In this document: piece after piece, positions 45,863 to 62,674 of the stretch
Position numbering within the stretch: position 1 is the stretch's first letter
How the letters are laid out: each line of letters starts with the position of its first letter
NCBI GenBank assembly: GCA_951406725.2
Contig: OX597822.1
Span: forward strand, 68,138,001-68,202,000
From: Octopus vulgaris
Lineage: Eukaryota
Reading direction: 5' to 3'
Length of the DNA stretch: 64,000 nucleotides
Notes under the pieces: model-generated
Database searches by the model: none
What the model was told of the DNA's origin: nothing
What the model saw: the letters and a program-made list of their open reading frames with translations, nothing else
Made by a program: the position numbers and the translations under genes

Positions 45863-47180
45863 TCGATAGATAGATTGATAGTAGATAGATAGCTGGATAG
45901 ATGGATGGATATTTATTTATTTTAAAAATATATATATTTTATATTATATTTTATTATATTATATTATATTATATTATACATATCTGCTACAATTATTTAG
46001 GAATTCTGCAGTTTAATGTTAAAATGGTTCTATTATAAACTTACGTAAAACCAAGCAAACATATATAGGTGTGTATACATACATAAATATCCAAAATAAT
46101 GCGGCGTGCATGCGTGCATGCATACATGTGTGTGTATATGCGCCCTAAAGTTTCGCGTGCTTCTAACAGAAACTCGATGCACTCAGGCTTAGATTATTGA
46201 ATCTCTAAATATACTGTGACGGTGGCTAAACGTCGGTACGATCACACGACCTAGGATAGACTAGCCTTCGCTATATATACATATATACTTACATACATAC
46301 ATGCATAAGGAATAAGGAATGTTTGTGCTTGAATGTATGTATGGACTATTGGAGATCTGGGTTATGATTGACAAGGAGCATACAACAATGACTTTTAAAG
46401 AATCGTATTCGAACAGTATTGGCGGAATCACTCAGTGTCATGCAGATTGAGGAAAACGCGTGCTGAGATTATATTTTCTTGTCGCGTTTGTATATTGTTT
46501 AAAAGGATTGCCGAACATGATGAGGTGGAAAAGGAGAAGAGTTTAAGTGGCTTGTGTTTATTATTAATTGTCTGCGGCGAATCATAATTGACAATTAATT
46601 AGTTCTATTGATTATTATTTCATACAAGAAGGATCACATTTAGTGAAAATACATTGCATGTCATTAGCATTAAAAATACAGAAATGACCACTTTGAATCT
46701 ATTGAATATTTTTTTCTTTTTATATTATGGGTATAGAAGAGAAGACTATAGATAATCGATTGATATGAGTCATGACAGTGAGTAGCAGTGAGGCCCCGCT
46801 GGAATTAAGAAATTTCAGCTTCTGGTAAAATTCTACACGTTCTAATTTATGCCTTCTTTTTACCCATTTGTAGACACAAATGCTCCCTTAACGTCATGGT
46901 CTTTATGTTCTGAGTTCAAATTCGACCGGGGTCAACTTTGGGGGTCCATAAAATAGCAACATTTGAGCACTGGGTTGGGTGTAATCGACTAAACCCCTTT
47001 CCGAAATTGCTAGACTTGTGACAAAATTAGAAAGTGTTATTTAATAGTTTTCACTCGACTCCAACTACCTGATGACCCTCCGAAACTTTACGTTGAATGA
47101 AGCTGAATCAAACTGTTGTCAAATAGTACGTGATGAGTGTAACTTTCCTCCATTTGTCCACTCATTTGTATATATATTTA

Positions 47181-47584
47181 GACGCAGGAGTGGCTGTGTG
47201 GTAAGTTGCTTGCTTACTAACCACAGGGTTCCGGGTTCATTCTCACTGCATGGCACCTTGGACAAGTGTCTTCTACTATAGCCTCGGGCCGAACAAAGCC
47301 TGGTGAATGGATTTGGTAGACGGAAACTGAAAGCAAGTCGTATATATGTGTATATATGTATGTGTGTATAAATTTGTGCGTCTGTGTTTGTCCCTCCAAC
47401 ATCGCTTGACAACCGATACTGGTGTGTTTACGTCCCCGTAACATAGCGGTTCGGCCAAAAAGACCGATAGAATTAGTACTAGGCTTCCAAAGAATAAGTC
47501 CTCGGGTCGATTTGCGCAACTAAAGGCGGTGCTCCAGCATAGCTGCAGTCAAATGACTGAAACAAGAAAAAGAGAATAAAAGAG

Positions 47585-47585
<1 letters not shown>
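47181..47585 (+). mobile_element. SINE group A
   Basis: Colinear with 877-1291. Confidence 0.92.
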
Positions 47586-47640
<55 letters not shown>

Positions 47641-47769
47641 CATCGTTACCTAGTGGTTGTCATCTAAAGTCATTTTGCAGAGATTTTACTTTTTTACATC
47701 ATGCCACCATTATACAGACAAACAGACAGACTGACAGATAAATAAATAAATAAATAAAAAGATAGATAA

Positions 47770-47845
<76 letters not shown>

Positions 47846-47924
47846 ATAGACAAACGCACAGAAGCTGACACACAGACAGATAAATTGGTAGATATATATG
47901 TAAGTATAAATAAATAAGTATATT

Positions 47925-47955
<31 letters not shown>

Positions 47956-48082
47956 TATATATACATATATATACATATACATATATATATATATATAAAC
48001 ATATATACATATATACATATATATATATATATACATACATACATACATACTTACATAGACATATATATACATATATATATAC

Positions 48083-48161
<79 letters not shown>

Positions 48162-49157
48162 CGTATATATGTATGTATGTATGTATGTATTATGTATAAC
48201 ATATGTATATATGTAATCTGGTTATTTTGATTATTGCAATCTGAAGTACTACCGACCAGCGTTAGAGAATATGTAGATAATACGAAACATTACATTACAC
48301 ATGACATGATTGATGGAAGATGAGGTAAAAAAAAAAATAAATAAACAATTAAAAAACAAATAAGAAAACTTCATGGAGTATGTTGCTTAATTTACTTCAT
48401 ATCTGTTTTCATTTGGGGGCTCCCTACAACATTATAAACGTTCATCAAATCACAGCAACAGAAGAAAATGAAATGGTGAAAAAAGAGACACTTCCAAATA
48501 TTGATACAACGCATGCAACAGACTTCCGTCTTACAAGCCTGATTAGATTTTTGTGAAGCTGCTATTAATTTAAACATTTGCTAAACAGGCGAAAGTCCTT
48601 AAGAGAAGGGCGCTTGTCCGTGAATCTGATTGCGTGTGTATTTGATCTTCTCTTCATTAGTATATGCGCCAGTGTGTGTATTTGGTTGTTTCGTTTGTGT
48701 ATGTTTTGACTTTTTCGTGTATATGTGTGTGTATGAGTGTGTGTGTGTGTACATTTCGATACAAGAAAATCAGGATGCTAGCATAAGTCATGTAAAATCT
48801 AATTTGCCAGTGGAACACAAATAATATCGTATATCAGAGACACACACAGGGTACAGAGCAGCAACTGCAGAAATGTTGTTAATTTTTCTGAGTAGTGGTG
48901 GTTGTGATGATGAGGAGAAGGTAAACGAAAAGGGGAGTAGGAGAAGGAGAAGGGAAAAGGAAGAGGAGGAAACTGTGGAAGTGGCAGAGGAAGAGGAGAC
49001 TGAAGAAGAGGGAGAGAAAAAGAGGAGGAAGCTGAGTAAGAGGAGAAGGACGGCGACGGAGGCGGTGAGGATGTTGCGTTTGTAATTTATTTTTCTCTGC
49101 GTACAAGGTCTTCAGAGGACAAACACTGTATTTGAGGTTGAAATGAAGAATATATAT

Positions 49158-49338
<181 letters not shown>

Positions 49339-49353
49339 TATATACATGTTCTC

Positions 49354-49402
<49 letters not shown>

Positions 49403-50309
49403 AAACAGAAAACCCGTATTTGATAATATAGTTTGCTCGGAGCATCTTGAGAGTGTCACGTTATTAATTGCTAAAGCCAAACTGAAAAAAAAAAGCTAGC
49501 ATTCTTATTTGGAAACCATGGTTATGCTGGTTATAGTAAAAAATGTACAGAAATTGTACTAAATTGAGCGTAATAACAAGGTTGTTAAACATGGAAAGTT
49601 GATATTACTTGAAAGATATTTTACCATAACGAGAGGAAGAAAATAGCGGAGATTATCGAATCACAAGACCTCAAATTAGTACATTTGCTATATATATTGT
49701 CGAAGTAACTGATATTGTCAATTGGCTTCAGCTGATTAATTTTTATTTATTTATTTATTTATTTATTTATTCCTTTAATTGGGATGGTGAAAGAAAAGAT
49801 GTTCGATGGATTTTTCTTAAAAAAAACATTTAATTCAAGTTTAGATATTAAACTAAATAAACATATGAATATAACTAAAAGCCACGCGATGAAATAAAAG
49901 CTAAATTTTTTTTAACAATTTTAGGAAAACTAACATGAAAAAAAATTTTTTTTTCGTTTTTTTTCGAATGATAAACTGAATTATCAATACTACATTATTT
50001 TTTGGAAGAGGACATAAATTTAAGAGCAACATGGCGTAATCCATTTTGACAACATTCAATTTTGCAAATTTTAAAGTATTTTAACCAATAAACGCTTCTT
50101 GTCTGCAATGTCACACAATAATAATACGGTAAGGGTTATGTTTTTAGCTGCATATGTGATCTTTATTTTTAGTATTCAGTAAATTTGATTTGAGAAAAAA
50201 ACGCTGCATGTGCCCGGAATTTGATAAATGAATGTAATTCAAGATTACACAATGCAAAATTTCTCTTATGAGGTGTTCTGCAACTTCATTCTAAGGACAA
50301 ACTACTTAC

Positions 50310-50481
50310 CATAGTAAATACCTGTCTTAGAACTAGATGACGCTTTTACGTAATCGCTCGACCACGTAGTTAAATCATTATAAAATCATAGCTTACAGTT
50401 TGCAAAACTGAAGGCACATTTTGGCCAATGTAGTTCTAGATATACAATGTCTAAAAATAAGACCAGCTGATTGTGAGCTTC
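50310..50481 (-). other. Candidate 172-nt exon ending in ATG
   Basis: Acceptor TTTCGACTTCTTTTCAG and donor ATG|GTAAGT; stops occur within it, so probably a 5' UTR exon. Confidence 0.35.
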
Positions 50482-50572
50482 CTGAAAAGAAGTCGAAATG
50501 ATCGAAGGCCTTTGACTATTTTTCTGCTGGAAAAGTGCGATATTAACTTCAACATCTATAATAACAAGACTA

Positions 50573-50922
50573 AACAAGAGCACTCGGAGAATGCAAACCT
50601 CTGCCAAAGCAACACCAACGTCCTCTCAACGATTAGCCAGAGATGATTTTTAAAATGAGAATGTTTGAAATAAACTCAACTGCTCTCACAAACAAGACTA
50701 CTTAAAATTAACCAGACCGCTCTCAAAAATTAAGCAAATAAACAGGAAAAAATAATCCAGAATCCTTGTCCGGTACCGGATCTTTCCCAAAATCTAATCA
50801 GTTTGTGCCAGTCACGAGGCCAAACATCTCTAAAAGTTTAATCCGAATCCATCCAGTGGTTCTTGAGATATATTGTCCACGGACAAACAAACAAACAAAC
50901 ACGCTACGACGGAAGTAATAAC
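50573..50922 (+). mobile_element. Helentron-associated (HINE/DINE-1-like) non-autonomous element, 3' end eroded
   Basis: AACAAGAGCACTC..AAACCTCTGCCAA start, AAAGTTT..AATCCATCCAGTGGTTCTTGAGATAT and (ACAA)n near the end. Confidence 0.6.
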
Positions 50923-50957
50923 GATTTTTAAAATATATAAATATCTATAAATATATA

Positions 50958-51099
50958 GGCGCAGGAGTGGCTGTGTGGTAAGTTGCTTGCTTACGAACCA
51001 CATGGTTCCGGGTTCAATCCCACTGCGTGGCACCGTGGGCAAGTGTCTTCTACTATAGCCTCGGGCAGACCATAGACGGAAACTGAAAGAATATATATG

Positions 51100-51150
<51 letters not shown>

Positions 51151-51345
51151 TTGTGTGTCTGTGTTTGTCCCCCAACATCGCTTGTGTGTTTACGTTCCCG
51201 TAACTTAGCGGTTCGACAAAAGAGACCGATAGAATAAGTACTAGGCTTCCAAAGAATAAGTCCTGGGGTCGATTTGCTCGACTAAAGGCGGTGCTCCAGC
51301 ATAGCCGCAGTCAAATGATTGAAACAAGTAAAAGAATAAAAGAGT
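50958..51345 (+). mobile_element. SINE group A with internal deletions
   Basis: GGCGCAGGAGTGGCTGTGTGG head and standard tail. Confidence 0.9.
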
Positions 51346-51538
51346 ATGCTTTATTCTCAGATAAAAAAAAATTATTTGGACAGTATGTAGGAGACACTGA
51401 CCCAAAGTAATAAAGTCGATGTTAATTTCCGTTTTATGTTGTAATAAACAGGTGAGGCATAAATGTAACCCTTGTTATTTTCGCCAGCCTATAACAGGTA
51501 ACACTCCCAAATGATCTCGTACATATATTTCTAACAGT

Positions 51539-51800
51539 GTCGGCACGTAGCCTAATGGTTATGGTGTTGCACTGACGATAGCCTGATTGTGGGTTCGATT
51601 CTCGGATTGTGTGGAGCGTTGTGTTCTTGAACAAAAACACTTGAATTCATGTTGCTTCAGTCTACTCTGTTGTAAATAAGCAGTCCTTCGACGGGCAAAC
51701 TAACGCCCCATTCAGGGGCACTTTTATGATCTCTCGGGCAATGATGTGCCACGGAAACCGGGTAACCGCCCTTACGAGTCCTAGGACTTTAGACACTACT
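51539..51800 (+). mobile_element. tRNA-derived SINE, group B-like
   Basis: TAGCCTAATGGTTA box A, GGTTCGATTC box B, GTTGTGTTCTTGAACAAAAACACTT centre. Confidence 0.65.
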
Positions 51801-52093
51801 TACTATTTATACTTCCAAAAGCTCTATGTAATGAAGAGTGAAGGCATTTCGTCCGTCTTTAAGTTCTGATTTCAAATTCCGCCCCGAGGTCTACATTGCC
51901 TTTCATTCTTTCGGGGTCGATATATTAAATACCAATGTTTTACTGGAGTCGCCTTCCACTCCATCCACCCAATTTCAGGCCTAGGGCCTTTAGTAGAAAG
52001 GCTATAAAATGAGGAGTGAACGCTGAATTAAGTGTATTAGAAGTTTGCTTCACAATTGTGAGGTCCCGAGCTTCATATCCCATCGAGGTAAAG

Positions 52094-52559
52094 TGCTTCC
52101 CTGAGTCAAGAGGGTGGCTGCTGGAAGATCCTATGTTTGACAACATGTCTCTTCACCATGCCACACAAGCAGGAGAACCCAGTCATGGCTGTTAGACAAT
52201 TTCTGCGACCACATCACCCCTAACATCTGGCTACGTAACTACTCAGAGTGCAACCCCCTTAATTATTATGTGCGGGGCGCTGTTGAGCGAGAGACCAACA
52301 AAACTGCTCGTAACACCAACAATAAACTGAAGGCAAGAATTATAGCAGCTTAAACAAGGAGACCGTCCAGAAGATTTGCAGGAGATTCCGAAGTCGTCTG
52401 GAGGCCGTGGTTGAAGCCAATGATGATTTTATTGAATACATTTACTCTTTAGTATTTCCAGATATTTTTATGTTATTTTGGTAAATATATGTCAGAATGA
52501 AATGTCACTGTTATTTTCATTTTTGCGTGTTTAGATGACAGTTTATTCACCGCACCCTG
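52094..52559 (+). mobile_element. maT/DD37D-like Tc1/mariner 3' fragment
   Basis: Decayed VKRVAAGRSYV..PCHTSRRTQSWLLDNFCDHITPNIW..CNPLNYY; ends CACCCTG-TA. Confidence 0.8.
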
Positions 52560-53161
<602 letters not shown>

Positions 53162-53217
53162 GTTGTTGTTGTTTTTGTTGTTTTTGTTCCTTCTCGAGCC
53201 ATATCTACTTCATAAGG

Positions 53218-53470
53218 GCTGGTTTAATTGGCGTATAGGTTCCCCACCTGGACGTAAGCCCAGCCCGTCGCAGGTGAGCTGCTAGATGAAGGAGGAAATA
53301 GTAAGAGAAAGTTGTGGCGAAAGAGTCAGCAGATGTTCCCCATTACCTTTTGCTAGAGCTGCGTGGAGCTTAGGTGTTTCGCTCATAAATATACACATTG
53401 CCCAGTCTGAGATTCCAACCCACGATCCCTCGACCGCGAGTCCGCTATCCTAACCAGCAGGTCATGTGCC
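53218..53470 (-). mobile_element. tRNA-derived SINE, group B-like with a different tail
   Basis: Minus head GAAGGCACATGACC..GGTTAGGATAGCGGACTCGCGGTCG resembles the 25249 copy. Confidence 0.7.
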
Positions 53471-53806
53471 TTCTATTGGGTGTTTTGTTTCTCTTTTCAC
53501 ACCCGCTGAACAAAACTCTTTCACACTTTTTTCCTCATCTTTAAACAGAAGTTGTTGAACACAGATTTTTTTTCCGGATTTTGACCGGAACCTCGATGTT
53601 GTGTGTTTGTATTTGGTTTGCAAATGAACTGGTTCTATTCCAATTCTTTATTTTTATTTTTCAATTGGTTGACCGTTATTTAACCAATAAACTACTCGAC
53701 TGTTTGATTAACCGCCCAGTCAATCAATCAATAAACTAAGTTTGTCAAAGTCCTTTCCTCACTATTTATGACCTCACTTATAAAATGCCTTCTCTAAACC
53801 AGGTCG

Positions 53807-53883
<77 letters not shown>

Positions 53884-54049
53884 ATAAATGATCGTGGGTA
53901 AGGCCAAAACAATACGACGTTAATGCAAGGTAAATCACAAGAAAACAAATATATGAATTAAGGTAGACTTACCTTGTATTCAATATTTCGGGGTTATGAC
54001 CCCATTTTCAAGAAAATAAATAGATGTTGCCCAGGTGCGTGTGTGGAGT

Positions 54050-54085
54050 GGACATGCGCAGAAAGGTGTTGCTATAGCAACCAGT
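54050..54085. promoter_or_regulatory. Perfect palindromic RFX X-box; candidate promoter
   Basis: GTTGCTATAGCAAC at 54068-54081 next to CATGCGCA, in unique sequence with consensus splice donors on either side. Confidence 0.5.
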
Positions 54086-54707
54086 TAGCTTTCTGTAACT
54101 CTCTTCTTTTGTTGAACTTAGGTTTCTTTTGGTATATGAGAATGGCCTCATAAATTCTAAGGTTGCCTCTGTTCCGCTGTGTTGCTTTGATGTGCACTGT
54201 GAATTATATTGCACGTGGTAACCCAGAACAGCGTTGGTATGTGTTTGTGCGCTCACTAAGATCAGAACTCAAAACTCAAATATTTATTGACTTACCGTGG
54301 GTGTTTTTTATCGGAGAAGTATAAGCAAAGTATTTTCCGGTCGCCTTGCTCTTGCTTGTCACTGGATATTCAACAATGGATACCAAGGTGACAAGGGAGC
54401 ATAGGTGTCCTGTCTTACAAGCATATGTCACTATAAAATCCAATAATGTACAGATGTCTCATATGAGACAGCTTACGTGTATGCTTGTGTGCTTACATGC
54501 ATTTATCTATATACTTGCATAAATACAGATACACAAGTACACACTGTTGTGAGTTATTGATTTATTGTTCACAGAGTGCTACAAATGCTATATTTTATTC
54601 GTTTATTCTGCTGTAAAACTTCATGGTTTCATATTTCATGTTATAAGTACGATCATAAAATATGATAGTAAGTTGGTTTTATTTTTGTTCGTTTTTTTCG
54701 TCCACAG

Positions 54708-54783
54708 ACAATAGAGAAATGTTTAGGATATTTACAGAGTTATAGCCGGACTGACTAATAGCTTTATCGCGTTTCAAAATCAG
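54708..54783 (+). other. Candidate non-coding exon
   Basis: Strong acceptor TTTTTGTTCGTTTTTTTCGTCCACAG and donor CAG|GTAAAA; stops in all frames. Confidence 0.3.
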
Positions 54784-54902
54784 GTAAAAAGAAGAAAGAC
54801 ATTTTGACCAAACGCCATTTCTGTTTTTGTACCATTAGAGAATGCGGTAACAAGGTCAAGGCTCATTTTCAGGACGCTTTTACTTTTAACTTATGTATAC
54901 AC

Positions 54903-55195
54903 AAGCATGGCTGATGGTTAAGAATCTCGCTTTGCAACCAGGTGGTTTCGGGTTTTGCCCTATTGTGTGGTGCCTCGGGCAAGGATCTTCTACTATAGCC
55001 TCGGGCCAACCAATACCTTGTGAATAAATTTGGTAAACAGAAACAGTGAGGAAGTCCGTAATATACATATATAACTTGTTTCAGTCCTTTGACTGCGGCC
55101 ATGCTGGAGCACCGCTTTTAGTCGAGCAAATCGATCCCAGGACTTATTCTTTGTAAGCCTAGTACTTATTCTATCGGTCTCTTTTGCCGAACCGC
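54903..55195. mobile_element. SINE group A: plus-strand 5' half joined to a minus-strand 3' half
   Basis: 54903-55060 head on plus; 55075-55195 tail on minus. Confidence 0.8.
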
Positions 55196-55459
55196 AAGAG
55201 TTCTTATATATATGTGTGTGTGTGTCTGTGTCTCTGTGTGTGTGCGCGCGCCAAGATATATAAATACATGCATGCAAACATATGTATGTGTGTGTATAAA
55301 TATATATAATTATACACACATGTATACATATTTACATATATACATACACACACACACACACACATATATAAATATATATATAAATATGCATATATATATA
55401 TATATACACATCCATACATATTTATGTGTGCATGAGCATGTTGGTTGTGTGTGTATATT

Positions 55460-56479
<1,020 letters not shown>

Positions 56480-56605
56480 TAAATTAAATTAAAATTCATT
56501 TATATGGTGGAATAAAGGGGGCTACTATCTCTAAATAAAAACATATATTTCCTCATTGAGAATAATTTCAACCCCTGTGATGCCGGAATTTTTATTCCCT
56601 AATAG

Positions 56606-57044
<439 letters not shown>

Positions 57045-57503
57045 GTATATACATGTGATGTATTTGTGAGCGTAATTCTGCAGTGTTCACTTGCTACATG
57101 TTAGGTTGAGAGGGTCAAACACCACGATAATGCCTTCTTACCTGTGGTGGTAAAAAAAAAAGATTTGATTGATCGCTCTTCTGTGTGGTGTAATGTGTGT
57201 TATGTACTCGTAAGCCTTTCAATATATGCGCTTCCATCTATAAGGACTGTTTTATGTATGCGTGTCTCTGTTTGTGTGTGTGTGTGTCAATGTTGCCTTG
57301 TATATGTATGCATCCATGAGCCTTGGGGCGAATGAAGTTGTGTGTGTGTGTAATATAAGTGTCACAATAAAACAAATAGCTATATATTTCAGTAATAAAA
57401 CCACTTCGATTAATGCTATATCTCAAATGTTGCTGCAGGAGTGCATATCATAGATGATATACACGTGTGTGCGCGCGTGAGTTTTATGTATGTATATATA
57501 TTC

Positions 57504-57534
<31 letters not shown>

Positions 57535-57699
57535 GATTATATATATAGAGAGAGATACATACATATGCATATATATATATATATACATACCTGCATGCGT
57601 GTGTCAAATAATAACTCATGCACCATGCATATACGAGTATATACATGTGTGTATGTATATATGTATATGCTTGTGTATGTGTATATATGTGTGTATGTG

Positions 57700-57743
<44 letters not shown>

Positions 57744-57963
57744 AAGGGTGGGAGAGAAAGGGTGGGAGAGAGGGGGAGAGAGAGGGAAGAGAGGGGAGCG
57801 AGAGGGAAGAGAGGGGGAGCGAGAGAGAAAGTGAGTGATGTATATGTGTTTGTGCATGTATGTATGTATGTATGTATGTATGTATATATTTATATGCGTG
57901 TTTCGTATCTGTGCGTGCAAATGTGTGTGAGAATCGATTAATACGAATGTGTGTGTGTGTGTG

Positions 57964-57999
<36 letters not shown>

Positions 58000-58061
58000 A
58001 GTGTGCGTGAGCGCGCGTGCGTGCGAGTCTGTTGTATGTAGGTTTATGTGTAAACCATGCT

Positions 58062-58125
58062 TGACCCTATGACCTGCCTGAAAGTCATACATAATGATGA
58101 ATGGCTATAAAAGGAAGTCACGTGA
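58062..58125 (+). promoter_or_regulatory. Candidate promoter: DR2 element, TATA box and E-box
   Basis: TGACCC-TA-TGACCT (58062-58075), TATAAAAG (58106-58113), GTCACGTGA (58117-58125). Confidence 0.3.
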
Positions 58126-58304
58126 GAGTTTGTCGCCTTTATTATACAGCATAATCAACGAACGCATCGTAAGGGTTAATTAAGGCCTTCTGCCGGAATG
58201 CGAAGTGTGCAGTATAACTTTGTGACGGATTAGTCTTCTCTTCATCTATATACACGAAAGCTTCGTCTAAAATATATATTTGAAGCAACAAAGGAGCCTC
58301 ATTC

Positions 58305-58382
<78 letters not shown>

Positions 58383-58450
58383 CAGCCAGACAGACAGATA
58401 GATAGAGAGATAGATAGATAGATACATACATACATACATACATACATACA

Positions 58451-58484
<34 letters not shown>

Positions 58485-58575
58485 ATGCATACATACATAC
58501 ATAAATAGATAGATTGATAGAGGAAGACAGAGACAGACAGATAGATAGATAGATAGACAGACAGACAAACAGATA

Positions 58576-58653
<78 letters not shown>

Positions 58654-58958
58654 GCATATGTGAGTTAATGCGTGATTCTGCGAATATGTATTGAAGTTTG
58701 TGTGCGCCCCCACAAGCGCTTGCGCGATCGTGTATGTTTGTGTTATGCCTATTGCATACATGTATAGAATGCACGTGAGTGTATAGGTTTGTGAGGTTAT
58801 GAGACTAGTAATGATTGAGTGTTCGGCTTTTGCACGCTAACTGCATGTAGGTGAGTATCGAGGGAAGGCGAACAAGTGGGGTGTATGTATATGCGTACAT
58901 GTTACTCTGTGTGTGTTTATGTGTGTGTGTGTGTTGGCGTGTATATGCGCACATGTTG

Positions 58959-59006
<48 letters not shown>

Positions 59007-59204
59007 ATAGGTATACATGAAGGCAACTATTTGTATATGTATGCATATATCTATGCATGGATGAATGAAAATTTACATGTATATATATTGGTGTATGTAT
59101 GTATATATATATATACATATATATACATATATGTGTATGTGCGTATGATATATCTAGGCGTATATGAACTTATCAATGTGCATATGTTCTTTTATTCTTT
59201 TATT

Positions 59205-59404
59205 CATTTATTTGTTTCAGTCATTTGACTGTGGCCATGCTGGAGCACCGCTTTTAGTCGAACAAATCGACACCAGGACTTATTGTTTGTATGCCTAGTA
59301 CTTATTCTATAGGTCTTTTGTGCCGAACCGCTAGATTATGGGGACGTAAAAACACCGCCGTCAGTTGTCAAGCGATGGTTTGGGGTAGGACAAACACAGA
59401 CACA

Positions 59405-59463
<59 letters not shown>

Positions 59464-59630
59464 GTACGACGGGCTTCTTTCAGTTTCCGTCTACCAAATC
59501 CACTCACAAGTCTTTGATTGGCCTGAGTCTACACTAGAAGACACTTGCCCAAAGTGCCACGCAGATAGACTGAACTCGGATTCATGTGATTAGTAAGCAA
59601 CCTACTTACCGCACAGCCATTCCTGCGCCT
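59205..59630 (-). mobile_element. SINE group A
   Basis: Reverse complement of the group A pattern. Confidence 0.9.
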
Positions 59631-60380
59631 ACATTTATGTCTGCACGTGTGTCTGAACGTGTGTGTATGTATGTATGTATGTATGTATGTATGTATGTAT
59701 GTATGTATGTATGTATGTATGTGCATCTGTGCGTATCTGGTATCTGATGCTTCCGTATTCGCGTGTGTGTGTAGTAAAGAATAAGACGAATGCATGGGTG
59801 AGGGGTGGATGGTTGTATTGATGTATAATGAATGGCTAGGTGCATAAAACTATCTTTAAATTCATTCATTGCCACACCAATACATTCCAATACATTTCCC
59901 CAACGCTTTTTAAACACATAGCTCCAAAGGTAGCGAGATCTATGGCTGAAAGGTCACTTAACCGTTCTTTATACAGCTTTACTGAAGAGATTTCATTGTT
60001 GTACCGTTTTGCTACACTATACTAACTAAATGAAATTTTAGAAAATAGCAACAGCTTAACATCAAAATGCTTCAAGTTGTTTAGTGAATTAAATATGCGC
60101 TAATACACAAAAGATTATACACAAACGAATGCGGGTGTTCATAACACTGTTTGTGTGCGTATGTATATATGTGTATGTGCGTGTATGTGCGAGTGTGTGC
60201 ATAAATGCTGATATAAAGAGAATTTAATCAATAGAACAGTTCTTGGTAATTTAATCATATATATATATATTTGTATATATACACATACACGCGCACACAT
60301 ACACAGACATATATGTATGTATATACATATATATATATATATACACACACACATACACACACGCATAGATATATATGTGT

Positions 60381-60463
<83 letters not shown>

Positions 60464-61342
60464 TAGATGCATAAATATATATATATACATATATATGTAT
60501 ATATATACACACAGATATACACACATATATACATACGCGCGTCCACACACACACATATATCTTAAGAAACAACGAGTAGTAAGTGCTTTGGGAACTTTAT
60601 CATGGACGAAAGAAAGAAACTATATGTATGCCAAAATATGCTACCGGTTTCAATTGCTGTTAAGTTGATTTAGTCATCCTCTGAGCAGGGAAAAATGTAT
60701 TGAAATAAATTAGGTCAATTTAATCTTATATGATATCAGTTCTAGAAATCCACATATTTTTATACAAAATCCACAAGGTGTTGGTACTTGGTTTCCTTCT
60801 GATGGATGTTGGCTTGTAATAGTAGTTGTAGTAATATTTTTAGCAACTGTTATTCGTTCTTTACGGGGAATTTTGTTAGTAAGGAGTGTCACGTTATCGT
60901 AGCAGCAGGAATGGTTTATTATATACGTAATATAAATGCACACGCACAAACATACGCGCGCTCATTTTCTCAGAACAAGGGTTGTGTTTAAAGAATATTA
61001 AGGTCGTATATTAAGAAATGAGAAAACATAAGATATCTTATTCAGCAGAAGACAAAAAGAACTGTAATTGAAGTTTAGTTATTCAATACAGAAAAAGAAT
61101 ATCGGGACGTGATGGAAGTTGCTAATCTGTTAAAATATCGGTTATTTTATTTTTGTTTGTAAATACCTTGTCGAAGGTGATTAAATTTCATCTCCGTCCC
61201 ACGATGTGTTTGCTCCAAACTGACCCGGTAAGCTGTATCTATTGGTTACATCTGCAGTGTGACGTCATGTGTTGTCGAACACTGAAACGTATGTAACAGC
61301 TGTAATAAAGAACGACCCAGTTATGTCCATGTTCTATTCCCG

Positions 61343-61403
<61 letters not shown>

Positions 61404-61409
<6 letters not shown>

Positions 61410-62674
61410 TGGCAACTAAGTTCCCGCCGTTTTTTGCTTTTTTTTTTAATTTTGGAATTTATTGTGTTTTTAAATTTTGGAATCTATTTCTTTCGAGAAT
61501 TCTATTTTTGAATCATTTTGGAATCTACTTTGTTTTTGTTTTTTTCTTCCTAGTTAATTTTAGTTAATTTTTGTTTATTTTCAGATCATTAAAATGGAAT
61601 GTCAAGTTAAGAAAAACGAGCATTTTTGACACCTTCTTTTTGCTTTTAATCAAGGTTCTAAGGCCGCAAAAGCTGCTCGCGACATTTGTGCTGTGTATGG
61701 AGAGGGTGCCATAGCTGAAAGAACCGTTCGTTATTGGTATGCCAAGTTCAAAAATGGAACTTTTGACCTCAAAGACGCACCTCGTTCTGCCCGTCCAGTT
61801 GAGTTCGATGAAAAACGATTAAACCAACTTTTGCACGAAAATTCTCGTCAAACGACAAGGAAACTGGCAGAGAAAATGGAATGCTCCCACACGGCTATAG
61901 AGAAGCATCTTCACTCGATGGGAAAGGTTCAGAAGTATGGAGCATGGGTTCCGCATTCTTTAAGTGACAACAACAAAAATCAACGAGCCACAATCTCCGC
62001 TGGTTTGCTTGCTCGTTACCGTTCAACTCATGGACACAAGCAACGAAAAATGGTGCCTGTACATCAATATGAAGCAGAGTAAAGAATGGCTTAGTCCCGG
62101 AAAACAAGCGTCACCGTACGTGAAACAAGATCTTCATCCGCGTAAAACAATTTTGTGCACATGGTAGGACTGGAAAGGGATTTTCCATTACGAATTGCTT
62201 GAACGGAACCAAACGGTCAACGCGGAACTCTATGTTCAACAGAAGGAACGACTCAACACGGCTATTCAAGAGAAGAGACCTAATCGGCAGCATGGAGTTC
62301 TTCTGCTGCACGACAACGCCCGCCCTCTTATCGCCAATATGACCAAGGAAGCCATTCAAACGCATGGCTGGGAAGTGCTGCCACACCCACCGTACTCTCC
62401 TGATTTGGCACCAACGGATTTCCACCTCTTTCGATCTCTTTCAAATGCTAAGCGTGGAGTTTCGTTCAATAGTGATGCAGAATTGAGAGCTTGGTTGGAT
62501 CATTTTTTCTAGTCGAAATCAGTTGATTTCTACCAACGAGGTATTGAAAATCTTTTTGAACGTTGAGAAGTTGTAAACAAGGCTGAATACATTATTGATT
62601 AATTAGTTGGTATTTTTTATTAAACCTTTTAAAAAATTTAAATTTCAAAAAGCGGTGAGAACTTAGTTGCCAAC

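Noticed and set aside
50310-50607. In-frame TGA read-through (selenoprotein idea)
   Set aside because: No SECIS or redox motif seen, and the upstream part of the ORF lies in a repeat.
61594-62602. Domesticated SETMAR-like gene
   Set aside because: Intact TIRs, multiple stops and frameshifts, and no SET domain.
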